A DNA stretch of 64,000 bases from Eledone cirrhosa (lineage: Eukaryota). The notes below the pieces were generated by a model. That model was not told the origin of the DNA and ran no database searches. It saw only the letters and a list, made by a program, of their open reading frames with translations. The stretch lies in NCBI GenBank assembly GCA_964016885.1, contig CAXHJY010001426.1, positions 1 to 64,000 of the forward strand. The letters run 5' to 3'. This document shows, one piece after another, positions 9,546 to 23,849 of the stretch (position 1 is the first letter of the stretch; every line of letters starts with the position of its first letter). The translations under genes and the position numbers were made by a program.

Positions 9546-12500
9546 GTAAAAAAAATCAGGGGGAGATAATTTGTAAAAAAAATCAAGGGGAGATAATTTC
9601 CAGCCGTCCAAGGGGAGGTAATATCTAGCCGTCCAAGGGGAGATAATTTCCAGCCGTCCAAGGGGAGATAATTTCCAGCCGTCCAAGGGTAGATAATATC
9701 CAGCCGTCCAAGGACATATTTTCCAGCCGTCCAAGGAGAGGTAATTTCTAGCCGTCCAAGGGGAGATAAATTCCAGCCTCGAAGGGGAGATAATTTCCAG
9801 CCAGCCAAGGGGAGATAATTTGTAAAAAAAAATCAGGGCGAGATAATTTGTAAAAAAAAATCAGGGGGAGATAATTTGTAAAAAAAAATCAGGGGGAGAT
9901 AATTTGTAAAAAAAAATCAGGGCGAGATAATTTGTAAAAAAAATCAAGGGGAGATAATTTCCAGCCGTCCAAGGGGAGATAATTTTCAGCCGTCCAAGGG
10001 GAGATAATTTCCCGCCAGCCAAGGGAAGATAATATTTAAAAAAATTAGGCGGAGATAATTTGTAAAAAAAATCAGGGGGAGATAATTTGTAAAAAAAATC
10101 AAGGGGAGATAATTTCCAGCCGTCCAAGGGGAGGTAATATCTAGCCGTCCAAGGGGAGATAATTTCCAGCCGTCCAAGGAGAGATAATTTTCAGCCGTCC
10201 AAGGAGAGGTAATTTCTAGCCGTCCAAGGAGAGATAATTTCCAGCCGTCCAAGGGGAGATAATTTCCAGCCATCCAAGGGGAGATAATTTCCAGCCCTCC
10301 AACGAGACATATTTTCCAGCCGTCCAAGGAGAGGTAATTACTAGCCGTCCAAGGGGAGATAAATTCCAGCCTCCAAGGGGAGATAATTTCCAGCCAGCCA
10401 AAGGGAGATAATTTGTAAAAATATCAGGGGGAGATAATTTGTAAAAAAAATCAGGGGGAGATAATTTGTAAAAAAAAATCAGGGAAAGATAATTTGTAAA
10501 AAATAATCAGGGGGAGATAATTTGTAAAAAAAATCAAGGGGAGATAATTTCCAGCCGTCCAAGGGGAGATAATTTCCAGCCGCCCAAGGGGAGATAATTT
10601 TCAGCCGTCCAAGGGGAGATAATTTCCCGCCAGCCAAGGGAAGATAATATTTAAAAAAATCAGGCGGAGATAATTTGTAAAAAAAATCAGGGGGAGATAA
10701 TTTGTAAAAAAATCAGGGGGAGATAATTTGTAAAAAAAAAATCAGGGGGAGATAATTTGTAAAAAAAATCATGGGGAGATAATTTCCAGCCGTCCAAGGG
10801 GAGGTAATATCTAGCCGTCCAAGGGGAGATAATTTCCAGCCGTCCAAGGGGAGATAATTTCCACCCGTCCAAGGGTAGATAATATCCAGCCGTCCAAGGA
10901 GAAATATTTTCCAGCCGTCCAAGGAGAGGTAATTTCTAGCCGTCCAAGGGGAGATAAATTCCAGCCTCCAAGGGGAGATAATTTCCAGCCAGCCAAGGGG
11001 AGATAATTTGTAAAAAAATCAGGGGGAGATAATTTGTAAAAAAAATCAGGGGCAGATAATTTGTAAAAAAAAATCAGGGGGAGATAATTTGTAAAAAAAA
11101 ATCAGGGGGAGATAATTTGTAAAAAAAAATCAGGGGGAGATAATTTGTAAAAAAAATCAAGGGGAGATAATTTCCAGCCGTCCAAGGGGAGATAATTTTC
11201 AGCCGTCCAAGGGGAGATAATTTCCAGCCGTCCAAGGGGAGATAATTTCCAGCCGTTCAAGGGTAGATAATTTTAAAAAAAAAATCAGGCGGAGATAATT
11301 TGTAAAAAAAAATCAGAGGGAGATAATTCGTAAAAAAAAATCAGGGGGAGATAATTTGTAAAAAAAATCAAGGGGAGATAATTTCCAGCCGTCCAAGGGG
11401 AGGTAATATCTAGCCGTCCAAGGGGAGATAATTTCCAGCCGTCCAAGGGGAGATAATTTCCAGCCGTCCAAGGGTAGATAATATCCAGCCGTCCAAGGAG
11501 ACATATTTTCCAGCCGTCCAAGGAGAGGTAATTTCTAGCCGTCCAAGGGGAGATAAATTCCAGCCTCCAAGGGGAGATAATTTCCAGCCAGCCAAGGGGA
11601 GATAATTTGTAAAAAAATCAGGGGGAGATAATTTGTAAAAAAAATCAGGGGGAGATAATTTGTAAAAAAAAATCAGGGGGAGATAATTTGTAAAAAAAAA
11701 TCAGGGGGAGATAATTTGTAAAAAAAAATCAGGGGGAGATAATTTGTAAAAAAAATCAAGGGGAGATAATTTCCAGCCGTCCAAGGGGAGATAATTTTCA
11801 GCCGTCCAAGGGGAGATAATTTCCCGCCAGCCAAGGGAAGATAATATTTAAAAAAATCAGGCGGAGATAATTTGTAAAAAAAATCAGGGGGAGATAATTT
11901 GTAAAAAAATCAGGGGGAGATAATTTGTAACAAAAAATCAGGGGGAGATAATTTGTAAAAAAAATCAGGGGGAGATAATTTGTAAAAAAATCAAGGGGAG
12001 ATAATTTCCAGCCGTCCAAGGGGAGATAATTTTCAGCTGTCCAAGGAGAGGTAATTTCTAGTCGTCCGAGGAGAGATAATTTCCAGCCGTCCAAGGGGAG
12101 ATAATTTCCAGCCGTCCAAGGGGAGATAATTTCCAGCCGTCCAAGGAGACATATTTTCCAGCAGTCCAAGGAGAGGTAATTTCTAACCGTCCAAGGGGAG
12201 ATAAATTGCAGCCTCCAAGGGGAGATAATTTCCAGCCAGCCAAGGGGAGATAATTTGTAAAAAAAATCAGAGGGAGATAATTTGTAAAAAAAAATCAGGG
12301 GGAGATAATTTGTAAAAAATAATCAGGGGGAGATAATTTGTAAAAAAATCAAGGGGAGATAATTTCCAGCCGTCCAAGGGGAGATAATTTTCAGCCGTCC
12401 AAGGGGAGATAATTTCCCGCCAGCCAAGGGAAGATAATATTTAAAAAAATTAGGCGGATATAATTTGTAAAAAAAATCGGGGGGAGATAATTTGTAAAAA

Positions 12501-15500
12501 AATCAGGGGGAGATAATTTGTAAAAAAAATCAGGGGGAGATAATTTGTAAAAAAAAATCAGGGGTAGATAATTTGTAAAAAAAATCAAGGGGAGATAATT
12601 TCCAGCCGTCCAAGGGGAGGTAATATCTAGCCGTCCAAGGGGAGATAATTTCCAGCCGTCCAAGGGGAGATAATTTCCAGCCGTCCAAGGGGAGATAATT
12701 TCCAGCCGTCCAAGGAGACATATTTTCCAGCCGTCCAAGGCGAGGTAATTTCTAGCCGTCCAAGGGGAGATAAATTCCAGCCTCCAAGAGGAGATAATTT
12801 CCAGCCAGCCAAGGGGCTATAATTTCCAGTGTCCAAGGGGAGATAATTTCCAGCCAGCGAAGGGGAGATAATTTTTTTTAAAAAATCAGGGGGAGATTTG
12901 TAAAAAAAATCAGGGGGAGATAATTTGTAAAAAAAATCAAAGGGAGATAATTTCCAGCCGTCCAAAGAGAGATAATTTCTAGCCGTCCAAGGGGAGATAA
13001 TTTCGAGCCAAGGGGAGATAATTTCCAGCCGTCCAAGGGAAGATAATTTCCAGCCCTCCAAGGGGCTATAATTTCCAGCGTCCAAGGGGAGATAATTTCC
13101 AGCCAGCGAAGGGGAGATAATTTTTTTTAAAAAATCATTAGATTTGTAAAAAAAATCAGGGGGAGATAATTTGTAAAAAAAATCAAGGGGAGATAATTTC
13201 CAGCCGTCCAAGGGGAGGTAATATCTAGCCGTCCAAGGGGAGATAATTTCCAGCCGTCCAAGGGGAGATAATTTCCAGCCGTCCAAGGGTAGATAATATC
13301 CAGCCGTCCAAGGACATATTTTCCAGCCGTCCAAGGAGAGGTAATTTCTAGCCGTCCAAGGGGAGATAAATTCCAGCCTCGAAGGGGAGATAATTTCCAG
13401 CCAGCCAAGGGGAGATAATTTGTAAAAAAAAATCAGGGCGAGATAATTTGTAAAAAAAAATCAGGGGGAGATAATTTGTAAAAAAAAATCAGGGGGAGAT
13501 AATTTGTAAAAAAAAATCAGGGGGAGATAATTTGTAAAAAAAATCAAGGGGAGATAATTTCCAGCCGTCCAAGGGGAGATAATTTTCAGCCGTCCAAGGG
13601 GAGATAATTTCCCGCCAGCCAAGGGAAGATAATATTTAAAAAAATTAGGCGGAGATAATTTGTAAAAAAAATCAGGGGGAGATAATTTGTAAAAAAAATC
13701 AAGGGGAGATAATTTCCAGCCGTCCAAGGGGAGGTAATATCTAGCCGTCCAAGGGGAGATAATTTCCAGCCGTCCAAGGAGAGATAATTTTCAGCCGTCC
13801 AAGGAGAGGTAATTTCTAGCCGTCCAAGGAGAGATAATTTCCAGCCGTCCAAGGGGAGATAATTTCCAGCCATCCAAGGGGAGATAATTTCCAGCCCTCC
13901 AACGAGACATATTTTCCAGCCGTCCAAGGAGAGGTAATTACTAGCCGTCCAAGGGGAGATAAATTCCAGCCTCCAAGGGGAGATAATTTCCAGCCAGCCA
14001 AAGGGAGATAATTTGTAAAAATATCAGGGGGAGATAATTTGTAAAAAAAATCAGGGGGAGATAATTTGTAAAAAAAAATCAGGGAAAGATAATTTGTAAA
14101 AAATAATCAGGGGGAGATAATTTGTAAAAAAAATCAAGGGGAGATAATTTCCAGCCGCCCAAGGGGAGATAATTTTCAGCCGTCCAAGGGGAGATAATTT
14201 CCCGCCAGCCAAGGGAAGATAATATTTAAAAAAATCAGGCGGAGATAATTTGTAAAAAAAATCAGGGGGAGATAATTTGTAAAAAAATCAGGGGGAGATA
14301 ATTTGTAAAAAAAAAATCAGGGGGAGATAATTTGTAAAAAAAATCATGGGGAGATAATTTCCAGCCGTCCAAGGGGAGGTAATATCTAGCCGTCCAAGGG
14401 GAGATAATTTCCAGCCGTCCAAGGGGAGATAATTTCCACCCGTCCAAGGGTAGATAATATCCAGCCGTCCAAGGAGAAATATTTTCCAGCCGTCCAAGGA
14501 GAGGTAATTTCTAGCCGTCCAAGGGGAGATAAATTCCAGCCTCCAAGGGGAGATAATTTCCAGCCAGCCAAGGGGAGATAATTTGTAAAAAAATCAGGGG
14601 GAGATAATTTGTAAAAAAAATCAGGGGCAGATAATTTGTAAAAAAAAATCAGGGGGAGATAATTTGTAAAAAAAAATCAGGGGGAGATAATTTGTAAAAA
14701 AAAATCAGGGGGAGATAATTTGTAAAAAAAATCAAGGGGAGATAATTTCCAGCCGTCCAAGGGGAGATAATTTTCAGCCGTCCAAGGGGAGATAATTTCC
14801 CGCCAGCCAAGGGAAGATAATATTTAAAAAAATCAGGCGGAGATAATTTGTAAAAAAAATCAGGGGGAGATAATTTGTAAAAAAATCAGGGGGAGATAAT
14901 TTGTAAAAAAAAAATCAGGGGGAGATAATTTGTAAAAAAAATCAGGGGGAGATAATTTGTAAAAAAATCAAGGGGAGATAATTTCCAGCCGTCCAAGGGG
15001 AGATAATTTTTTAAAAAATCAGGTGGAGATAATTTGTAAAAAAAATCAGGGGGAGATAATTTGTAAAAACAAAATCAAGGGCAGATAATTTCCAGCTGTC
15101 CAAGGGGAGGTAATTTCCAGCCGTCCAAGGGGAGATAATTTCCAGCCGTCCAAGGGGAGATAATTTCCATCCTTCCAAGGGGATATAATTTCCAGCCGTC
15201 CAAGGGGAGATAATTTCCCGCCAGCCAAGGGAAGATAATTTTTAAAAAAATCAGGCGGAGATTGTAAAAAAAATTAGGGGGAGATAATTTGTAAAAAAAT
15301 CAGGGGGAGATAATTTGTAAAAAAAAATCAGGGGGAGATAATTTGTAAAAAAAATCAGGGGGAGATAATTTGTAAAAAAAAATCAGGGGGAGATAATTTG
15401 TAAAAAAAATTAGGCGTAGATAATTTGTAAAAAAAAATCAGGGGGAGATAATTTGTAAAAAAAAATCAGGGGGAGATAATTTGTTAAAAAAATCAAGGGG

Positions 15501-17172
15501 AGATAATTTGCAGCCGTCCAAGGGGAGATAATTTTCAGCCGTCCAAGGAGAGGTAATTTCTAGCCGTCCAAGGGGAGATAATTTCCAGCCGTCCAAGGGG
15601 AGATAATTTCCAGCCGTTCAAGGGTAGATAATTTTAAAAAAAAAATCAGGCGGAGATAATTTGTAAAAAAAAATCAGGGGGAGATAATTCGTAAAAAAAA
15701 ATCAGGGGGAGATAATTTGTAAAAAAAATCAAGTGGAGATAATTTCCAGCCGTCCAAGGGGAGGTAATATCTAGCCGTCCAAGGGGAGATAATTTCCAGC
15801 CGTCCAAGGGGAGATAATTTCCAGCCGTCCAAGGGTATATAATATCCAGCCGTCCAAGGAGACATATTTTCCAGCCGTCCAAGGAGAGGTAATTTCTAGC
15901 CGTCCAAGGGGAGATAAATTCCAGCCTCCAAGGGGAGATAATTTCCAGCCAGCCAAGGGGAGATAATTTGTAAAAAAATCAGGGGGAGATAATTTGTAAA
16001 AAAAATCAGGGGGAGATAATTTGTAAAAAAAAATCAGGGGGAGATAATTTGTAAAAAAAAATCAGGGGGAGATAATTTGTAAAAAAAAATCAGGGGGAGA
16101 TAATTTGTAAAAAAAATCAAGGGGAGATAATTTCCAGCCGTCCAAGGGGAGATAATTTTCAGCCGTCCAAGGGGAGATAATTTCCCGCCAGCCAAGGGAA
16201 GATAATATTAAAAAAAATCAGGCGGAGATAATTTGTAAAAAAAATCAGGGGGAGATAATTTGTAAAAAAATCAGGGGGAGATAATTTGTAACAAAAAATC
16301 AGGGGGAGATAATTTGTAAAAAAAATCAGGGGGAGATAATTTGTAAAAAAATCAAGGGGAGATAATTTCCAGCCGTCCAAGGGGAGATAATTTTCAGCTG
16401 TCCAAGGAGAGGTAATTTCTAGTCGTCCGAGGAGAGATAATTTCCAGCCGTCCAAGGGGAGATAATTTCCAGCCGTCCAAGGGGAGATAATTTCCAGCCG
16501 TCCAAGGAGACATATTTTCCAGCAGTCCAAGGAGAGGTATATTTCTAACCGTCCAAGGGGAGATAAATTGCAGCCTCCAAGGGGAGATAATTTCCAGCCA
16601 GCCAAGGGGAGATAATTTGTAAAAAAAATCAGAGGGAGATAATTTGTAAAAAAAAATCAGGGGGAGATAATTTGTAAAAAATAATCAGGGGGAGATAATT
16701 TGTAAAAAAATCAAGGGGAGATAATTTCCAGCCGTCCAAGGGGAGATAATTTTCAGCCGTCCAAGGGGAGATAATTTCCCGCCAGCCAAGGGAAGATAAT
16801 ATTTAAAAAAATTAGGCGGATATAATTTGTAAAAAAAATCGGGGGGAGATAATTTGTAAAAAAATCAGGGGGAGATAATTTGTAAAAAAAATCAGGGGGA
16901 GATAATTTGTAAAAAAAAATCAGGGGTAGATAATTTGTAAAAAAAATCAAGGGGAGATAATTTCCAGCCGTCCAAGGGGAGGTAATATCTAGCCGTCCAA
17001 GGGGAGATAATTTCCAGCCGTCCAAGGGGAGATAATTTCCAGCCGTCCAAGGGGAGATAATTTCCAGCCGTCCAAGGAGACATATTTTCCAGCCGTCCAA
17101 GGCGAGGTAATTTCTAGCCGTCCAAGGGGAGATAAATTCCAGCCTCCAAGAGGAGATAAATTCCAGCCAGCC
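9215..17172 (+). repeat. Tandem higher-order pair: a 3.6 kb unit (about 9215-12812) and a 4.36 kb unit (about 12812-17172) carrying about 0.8 kb extra
   Basis: ORF offsets 3600 (9527/13127, 9861/13461, 10216/13816), 3575 (10687/14262) and 4361-4362 (11285/15646, 12391/16753). Shared rare variants CCTCGAAGG (9777/13377), CAGGGCGAGA (9834/13434), GCCATCC (10269/13869) and AAATTGCAGCCTCC (about 12203/16565). Confidence 0.85.
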
Positions 17173-20100
17173 AAGGGGAGATAATTTGTAAAAAAATCAG
17201 GGGGAGATAATTTGTAAAAAATATCAGGGGGAGATAATTTGTAAAAAAAATCAGGGGGAGATAATTTGTAAAATAAAATCAGGGGGAGATAATTTGTAAA
17301 AAAAAATCAGGGGGAGATAATTTGTAAAAAAAATCAAGGGGAGATAATTTCCAGCCGTCCAAGGGGAGATAATTTTCAGCTGTCCAAGGAGAGGTAATTT
17401 CTAGTCGTCCGAGGAGAGATAATTTCCAGCCGTCCAAGGGGAGATAATTTCCAGCCGTCCCAGGGGAGATAATTTCCAGCCGTCCAAGGAGACATATTTT
17501 CCAGCAGTCCAAGGAGAGGTAATTTCTAACCGTCCAAGGGGAGATAAATTCCAGCCTCCAAGGGGAGATAATTTCCAGCCAGCCAAGGGGAGATAATTTG
17601 TAAAAAAAATCAGAGGGAGATAATTTGTAAAAAAAAATCAGGGGGAGATAATTTGTAAAAAATAATCAGGGGGAGATAATTTGTAAAAAAATCAAGGGGA
17701 GATAATTTCCAGCCGTCCAAGGGGAGATAATTTTCAGCCGTCCAAGGGGAGATAATTTCCCGCCAGCCAAGGGAAGATAATATTTAAAAAAATTAGGCGG
17801 AGATAATTTGTAAAAAAAATCGGGGGGAGATAATTTGTAAAAAAATCAGGGGGAGATAATTTGTAAAAAAAATCAGGGGGAGATAATTTGTAAAAAAAAT
17901 CAGGGGGAGATAATTTGTAAAAAAAAATCAGGGGTAGATAATTTGTAAAAAAAATTCAGGGGGAGATAATTTGTAAAAAAAAATCAGGGAGAGATAATTT
18001 GTAAAAAGAATCAGGGGGAGATAATTTGTAAAAAAAAATCAGGGGTAGATAATTTGTAAAAAAAAATCAGGGGGAGATAATTTGTAAAAAAAAATCAGGG
18101 GGAGATAATTTGTAAAAAAAATCAAGGGGAGATAATTTCCAGCCGTCCAAGGGGAGCTAATATCTAGCCGTCCAAGGGTAGATAATATCCAGCCGTCCAA
18201 GGACATATTTTCCAGCCGTCCAAGGAGAGGTAATTTCTAGCCGTCCAAGGGGAGATAAATTCCAGCCTCCAAGGGGAGATAATTTCCAGCCAGCTAAGGG
18301 GAGATAATTTGTAAAAAAATCAGGGGGAGATAATTTGTAAAAAAAATCAGGGGGAGATAATTTGTAAAAAAAAATCAGGGGGAGATAATTTGTAAAAAAA
18401 AATCAGGGGGAGATAATTTGTAAAAAAAAATCAGGGGGAGATAACTTGTAAAAAAAATCAAGGGGAGATAATTTCCAGCCGTCCAAGGGGAGATAATTTT
18501 CAGCCGTCCAAGGGGAGATAATTTCCCGCCAGCCAAGAGAAGATAATATTTAAAAAAATCAGGCGGAGATAATTTGTAAAAAAAATCAGGGGGAGATAAT
18601 TTGTAAAAAAATCAGGGGGAGATAATTTGTAAAAAAAAAATCAGGGGGAGATAATTTGTAAAAAAAATCAAGGGGAGATAATTTCCAGCCGTCCAAGGGG
18701 AGGTAATATCTAGCCGTCCAAGGGGAGATAATTTCCAGCCGTCCAAGGGGAGATAATTTCCACCCGTCCAAGGGTAGATAATATCCAGCCGTCCAAGGAG
18801 AAATATTTTCCAGCCGTCCAAGGAGAGGTAATTTCTAGCCGTCCAAGGGGAGATAAATTCCAGCCTCCAAGGGGAGATAATTTCCAGCCAGCCAAGGGGA
18901 GATAATTTGTAAAAAAAATCAAGGGGAGATAATTTCCAGCCGTCCAAGGGGAGATAATTTTCAGCCGTCCAAGGGGAGATAATTTCCCGCCAGCCAAGGG
19001 AAGATAATATTTAAAAAAATCAGGCGGAGATAATTTGTAAAAAAAATCAGGGGGAGATAATTTGTAAAAAAATCAGGGGGAGAGAATTTGTAAAAAAAAA
19101 ATCAGGGGGAGATAATTTGTAAAAAAAATCAGGAGGAGATAATTTGTAAAAAAATCAAGGGGAGATAATTTCCAGCCGTCCAAGGGGAGATAATTTTTTA
19201 AAAAATCAGGTGGAGATAATTTGTAAAAAAAATCAGGGGGAGATAATTTGTAAAAACAAAATCAAGGGCAGATAATTTCCAGCTGTCCAAGGGGAGGTAA
19301 TTTCCAGCCGTCCAAGGGGATATAATTTCCAGCCGTCCAAGGGGAGATAATTTCCCGCCAGCCAAGGGAAGATAATTTTTAAAAAAATCAGGCGGAGATT
19401 GTAAAAAAAATCAGAGGGGAGATAATTTGTAAAAAAATCAGGGGGAAATAATTTGTAAAAAAAAATCAGGGGGAGATAATTTGTAAAAAAAATCAGGGGG
19501 AGATAATTTGTAAAAAAAAATCAGGGGGAGATAATTTGTAAAAAAATTAGGCGTAGATAATTTGTAAAAAAAAATCAGGGGGAGATAATTTGTAAAAAAA
19601 AATCAGGGGGAGATAATTTGTTAAAAAATCAAGGGGAGATAATTTGCAGCCGTCCAAGGGGAGATAATTTTCAGCCGTCCAAGGAGAGGTAATTTCTAGC
19701 CGTCCAAGGGGAGATAATTTCCAGCCGTCCAAGGGGAGATAATTTCCAGCCGTTCAAGGGGAGATAATTTTAAAAAAATCAGGCGGAGATAATTTGTAAA
19801 AAAAAATCAGGGGAAGATGATTCGTAAAAAAAAATCAGGGGGATATAATTTGTAAAAAAAAATCAGGGGGAGATAATTTGTAAAAAAATCAAGGGGAGAT
19901 AATTTCCAGCCGTCCAAGGGGAGGTAATATCTAGCCGTCCAAGGGGAGATAATTTCCAGCCGTCCAAGGGGAGATAATTTCCAGCCGTCCAAGGGGAGAT
20001 AATTTCCAGCCGTCCAAGGAGACATATTTTCCAGCCGTCCAAGGCGAGGTAATTTCTAGCCGTCCAAGGGGAGATAAATTCCAGCCTCCAAGGGGAGATA

Positions 20101-20379
20101 ATTTCCAGCCAGCCAAGGGGAGATAATTTGTAAAAAAATCAGGGGGAGATAATTTGTAAAAAATATCAGGGGGAGATAATTTGTAAAAAAAATCAGGGGG
20201 AGATAATTTGTAAAAAAAAATCAGGGGGAGATAATTTGTAAAAAAAAATCAGGGGAGATAATTTGTAAAAAAAATCAAGGGGAGATAATTTCCAGCCGTC
20301 CAAGGGGAGATAATTTTCAGCTGTCCAAGGAGAGGTAATTTCTAGTCGTCCGAGGAGAGATAATTTCCAGCCGTCCAAA

Positions 20380-23350
20380 GGGAGATAATTTCCAGCCGTC
20401 CAAGGGGAGATAATTTCCAGCCGTCCAAGGAGACATATTTTCCAGCAGTCCAAGGAGAGGTAATTTCTAACCGTCCAAGGGGAGATAAATTCCAGCCTCC
20501 AAGGGGAGATAATTTCCAGCCAGCCAAGGGGAGATAATTTGTAAAAAAAATCAGAGGGAGATAATTTGTAAAAAAAAATCAGGGGGAGATAATTTGTAAA
20601 AAATAATCAGGGGGAGATAATTTGTAAAAAAATCAAGGGGAGATAATTTCCAGCCGTCCAAGGGGAGATAATTTTCAGCCGTCCAAGGGGAGATAATTTC
20701 CCGCCAGCCAAGGGAAGATAATATTTAAAAAAATTAGGCGGAGATAATTTGTAAAAAAAATCGGGGGGAGATAATTTGTAAAAAAATCAGGGGGAGATAA
20801 TTTGTAAAAAAAATCAGGGGGAGATAATTTGTAAAAAAAATCAGGGGGAGATAATTTGTAAAAAAAAATCAGGGGTAGATAATTTGTAAAAAAAAATCAG
20901 GGGGAGATAATTTGTAAAAAAAAATCAGGGAGAGATAATTTGTAAAAAAAATCAGGGGGAGATAATTTGTAAAAAAAAATCAGGGGTAGATAATTTGTAA
21001 AAAAAAATCAGGGGGAGATAATTTGTAAAAAAAAATCAGGGGGAGATAATTTGTAAAAAAAATCAAGGGGAGATAATTTCCAGCCGTCCAAGGGGAGGTA
21101 ATATCTAGCCGTCCAAGGGGAGATAATTTCCACCCGTCCAAGGGGAGATAATTTCCAGCCGTCCAAGGGTAGATAATATCCAGCCGTCCAAGGACATATT
21201 TTCCAGCCGTCCAAGGAGAGGTAATTTCTAGCCGTCCAAGGGGAGATAAATTCCAGCCTCCAAGGGGAGATAATTTCCAGTCAGCCAAGGGGAGATAATT
21301 TGTAAAAAAATCAGGGGGAGATAATTTGTAAAAAAAATCAGGGGGAGATAATTTGTAAAAAAAAATCAGGGGGAGATAATTTGTAAAAAAAATCAGGGGG
21401 AGATAATTTGTAAAAAAAAATCAGGGGGAGATAATTTGTAAAAAAAATCAAGGGGAGATAATTTCCAGCCGTCCAAGGGGAGATCATTTTCAGCCGTCCA
21501 AGGGGAGATAATTTCCCGCCAGCCAAGAGAAGATAATATTTAAAAAAATCAGGCGGAGATAATTTGTAAAAAAAATCAGGGGGAGATAATTTGTAAAAAA
21601 ATCAGGGGGAGATAATTTGTAAAAAAAATCAGGGGGAGATAATTTGTAAAAAAAAATTAGGGGTAGATAATTTGTAAAAAAAAATCAGGGGGAGATAATT
21701 TGTAAAAAAAATGAAAGGGGAGATAATATCCAGCCGTCCAAGGAGAGATAATTTTTAAAAAAAATCAGGCGGAGATAATTTGTAAAAAAAAAATCAGGGG
21801 GAGATAATTGTAAAAAAAAATCAGGGGGAGATAATTTGTAAAAAAAATCAAGGGGAGATAATTTCCAGCCGTCCAAGGGGAGATAATTTCCAGCCGTCCA
21901 AGGAGACATATTTTCCAGCAGTCCAAGGAGAGGTAATTTCTAACCGTCCAAGGGGAGATAAATTCCAGCCTCCAAGGGGAGATAATTTCCAGCCAGCCAA
22001 GGGGAGATAATTTGTAAAAAAAATCAGAGGGAGATAATTTGTAAAAAAAAATCAGGGGGAGATAATTTGTAAAAAATAATCAGGGGGAGATAATTTGTAA
22101 AAAAATCAAGGGGAGATAATTTCCAGCCGTCCAAGGGGAGATAATTTTCAGCCGTCCAAGGGGAGATAATTTCCCGCCAGCCAAGGGAAGATAATATTTA
22201 AAAAAATTAGGCGGAGATAATTTGTAAAAAAAATCGGGAGGAGATAATTTGTAAAAAAATCAGGGGGAGATAATTTGTAAAAAAAATCAGGGGGAGATAA
22301 TTTGTTAAAAAAATCAGGTGGAGATAATTTGTAAAAAAAATCAGGGGTAGATAATTTGTAAAAAAAAATCAGGGGGAGATAATTTGTAAAAAAAAATCAG
22401 GGAGAGATAATTTGTAAAAAAAATGAGGGGGAGATAATTTGTAAAAAAAAATCAGGGGTAGATAATTTGTAAAAAAAAATCAGGGGGAGATAATTTGTAA
22501 AAAAAAATCAGGGGGAGATAATTTGTAAAAAAAATCAAGGGGAGATAATTTCCAGCCGTCCAAGGGGAGGTAATATCTAGCCGTCCAAGGGGAGATAATT
22601 TCCAGCCGTCCAAGGGGAGATAATTTCCAGCCGTCCAAGGGTAGATAATATCCAGCCGTCCAAGGACATATTTTCCAGCCGTCCAAGGAGAGGTAATTTC
22701 TAGCCGTCCAAGGGGAGATAAATTCCAGCCTCCAAGGGGAGATAATTTCCAGTCAGCCAAGGGGAGATAATTTGTAAAAAAATCAGGGGGAGATAATTTG
22801 TAAAAAAAATCAGGGGGAGATAATTTGTAAAAAAAAATCAGGGGGAGATAATTTGTAAAAAAAAATCAGGGGGAGATAATTTGTAAAAAAAAATCAGGGG
22901 GAGATAATTTGTAAAAAAAATCAAGGGGAGATAATTTCCAGCCGTCCAAGGGGAGATAATTTTCAGCCGTCCAAGGGGAGATAAATTCCCGCCAGCCAAG
23001 AGAAGATAATATTTAAAAAAATCAGGCGGAGATAATTTGTAAAAAAAATCAGGGAGAGATAATTTGTAAAAAAATCAGGGGGAGATAATTTCTAAAAAAA
23101 AAATCAGGGGGAGATAATTTGTAAAAAAAATCAGGGGGAGATAATTTGTAAAAAAAAATTAGGGGTAGATAATTTGTAAAAAAAAATCAGGGGGAGATAA
23201 TTTGTAAAAAAAAATCAGGGGGAGATAATTTGTAAAAAAAATGAAAGGGGAGATAATATCCAGCCGTCCAAGGAGAGATAATTTAAAAAAAAAATCAGGC
23301 GGAGATAATTTGTAAAAAAAAAATCAGGGGGAGATAATTTGTAAAAAAAA
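20380..23350 (+). repeat. About 1.47-1.53 kb higher-order tandem duplication
   Basis: ORF pair 20980/22452 (offset 1472). Rare variants CCAGTCAGCC (21277/22749) and ATGAAAGGGG (21711/23241). Confidence 0.75.
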
Positions 23351-23849
23351 ATCAGGGGGAGATAATTTGTAAAAAAAATCAAGGGGAGATAATTTCCAGC
23401 CGTCCAAGGGGAGATAATTTTCAGCCGTCCAATGAGAGGTAATTTCTAGCCGTCCAAGGGGAGATAATTTCCAGCCCTCCAAGGGGCTATAATTTCCAGT
23501 GTCCAAGGGGAGATAATTTCCAGCCAGCGAAGGGGAGATAATTTTTTTTAAATAATCAGGGGGAGATTTTTAAAAAAAATCGGGGGAGATAATTTGTAAA
23601 AAAAATCAAAGGGAGATAATTTCCAGCCGTCCAAAGAGAGATAATTTCTAGCCGTCCAAGGGGAGATAATTTCGAGCCAAGGGGAGATAATTCCAGCCGT
23701 CCAAGGGAAGATAATTTCCAGCCCTCCAAGGGGCTATAATTTCCAGCGTCCAAGGGGAGATAATTTCCAGCCAGCGAAGGGGAGATAATTTCCAGCCAGC
23801 GAAGGGGAGATAATTTTTTTTAAAAAATCATTAGATTTGTAAAAAAAAT

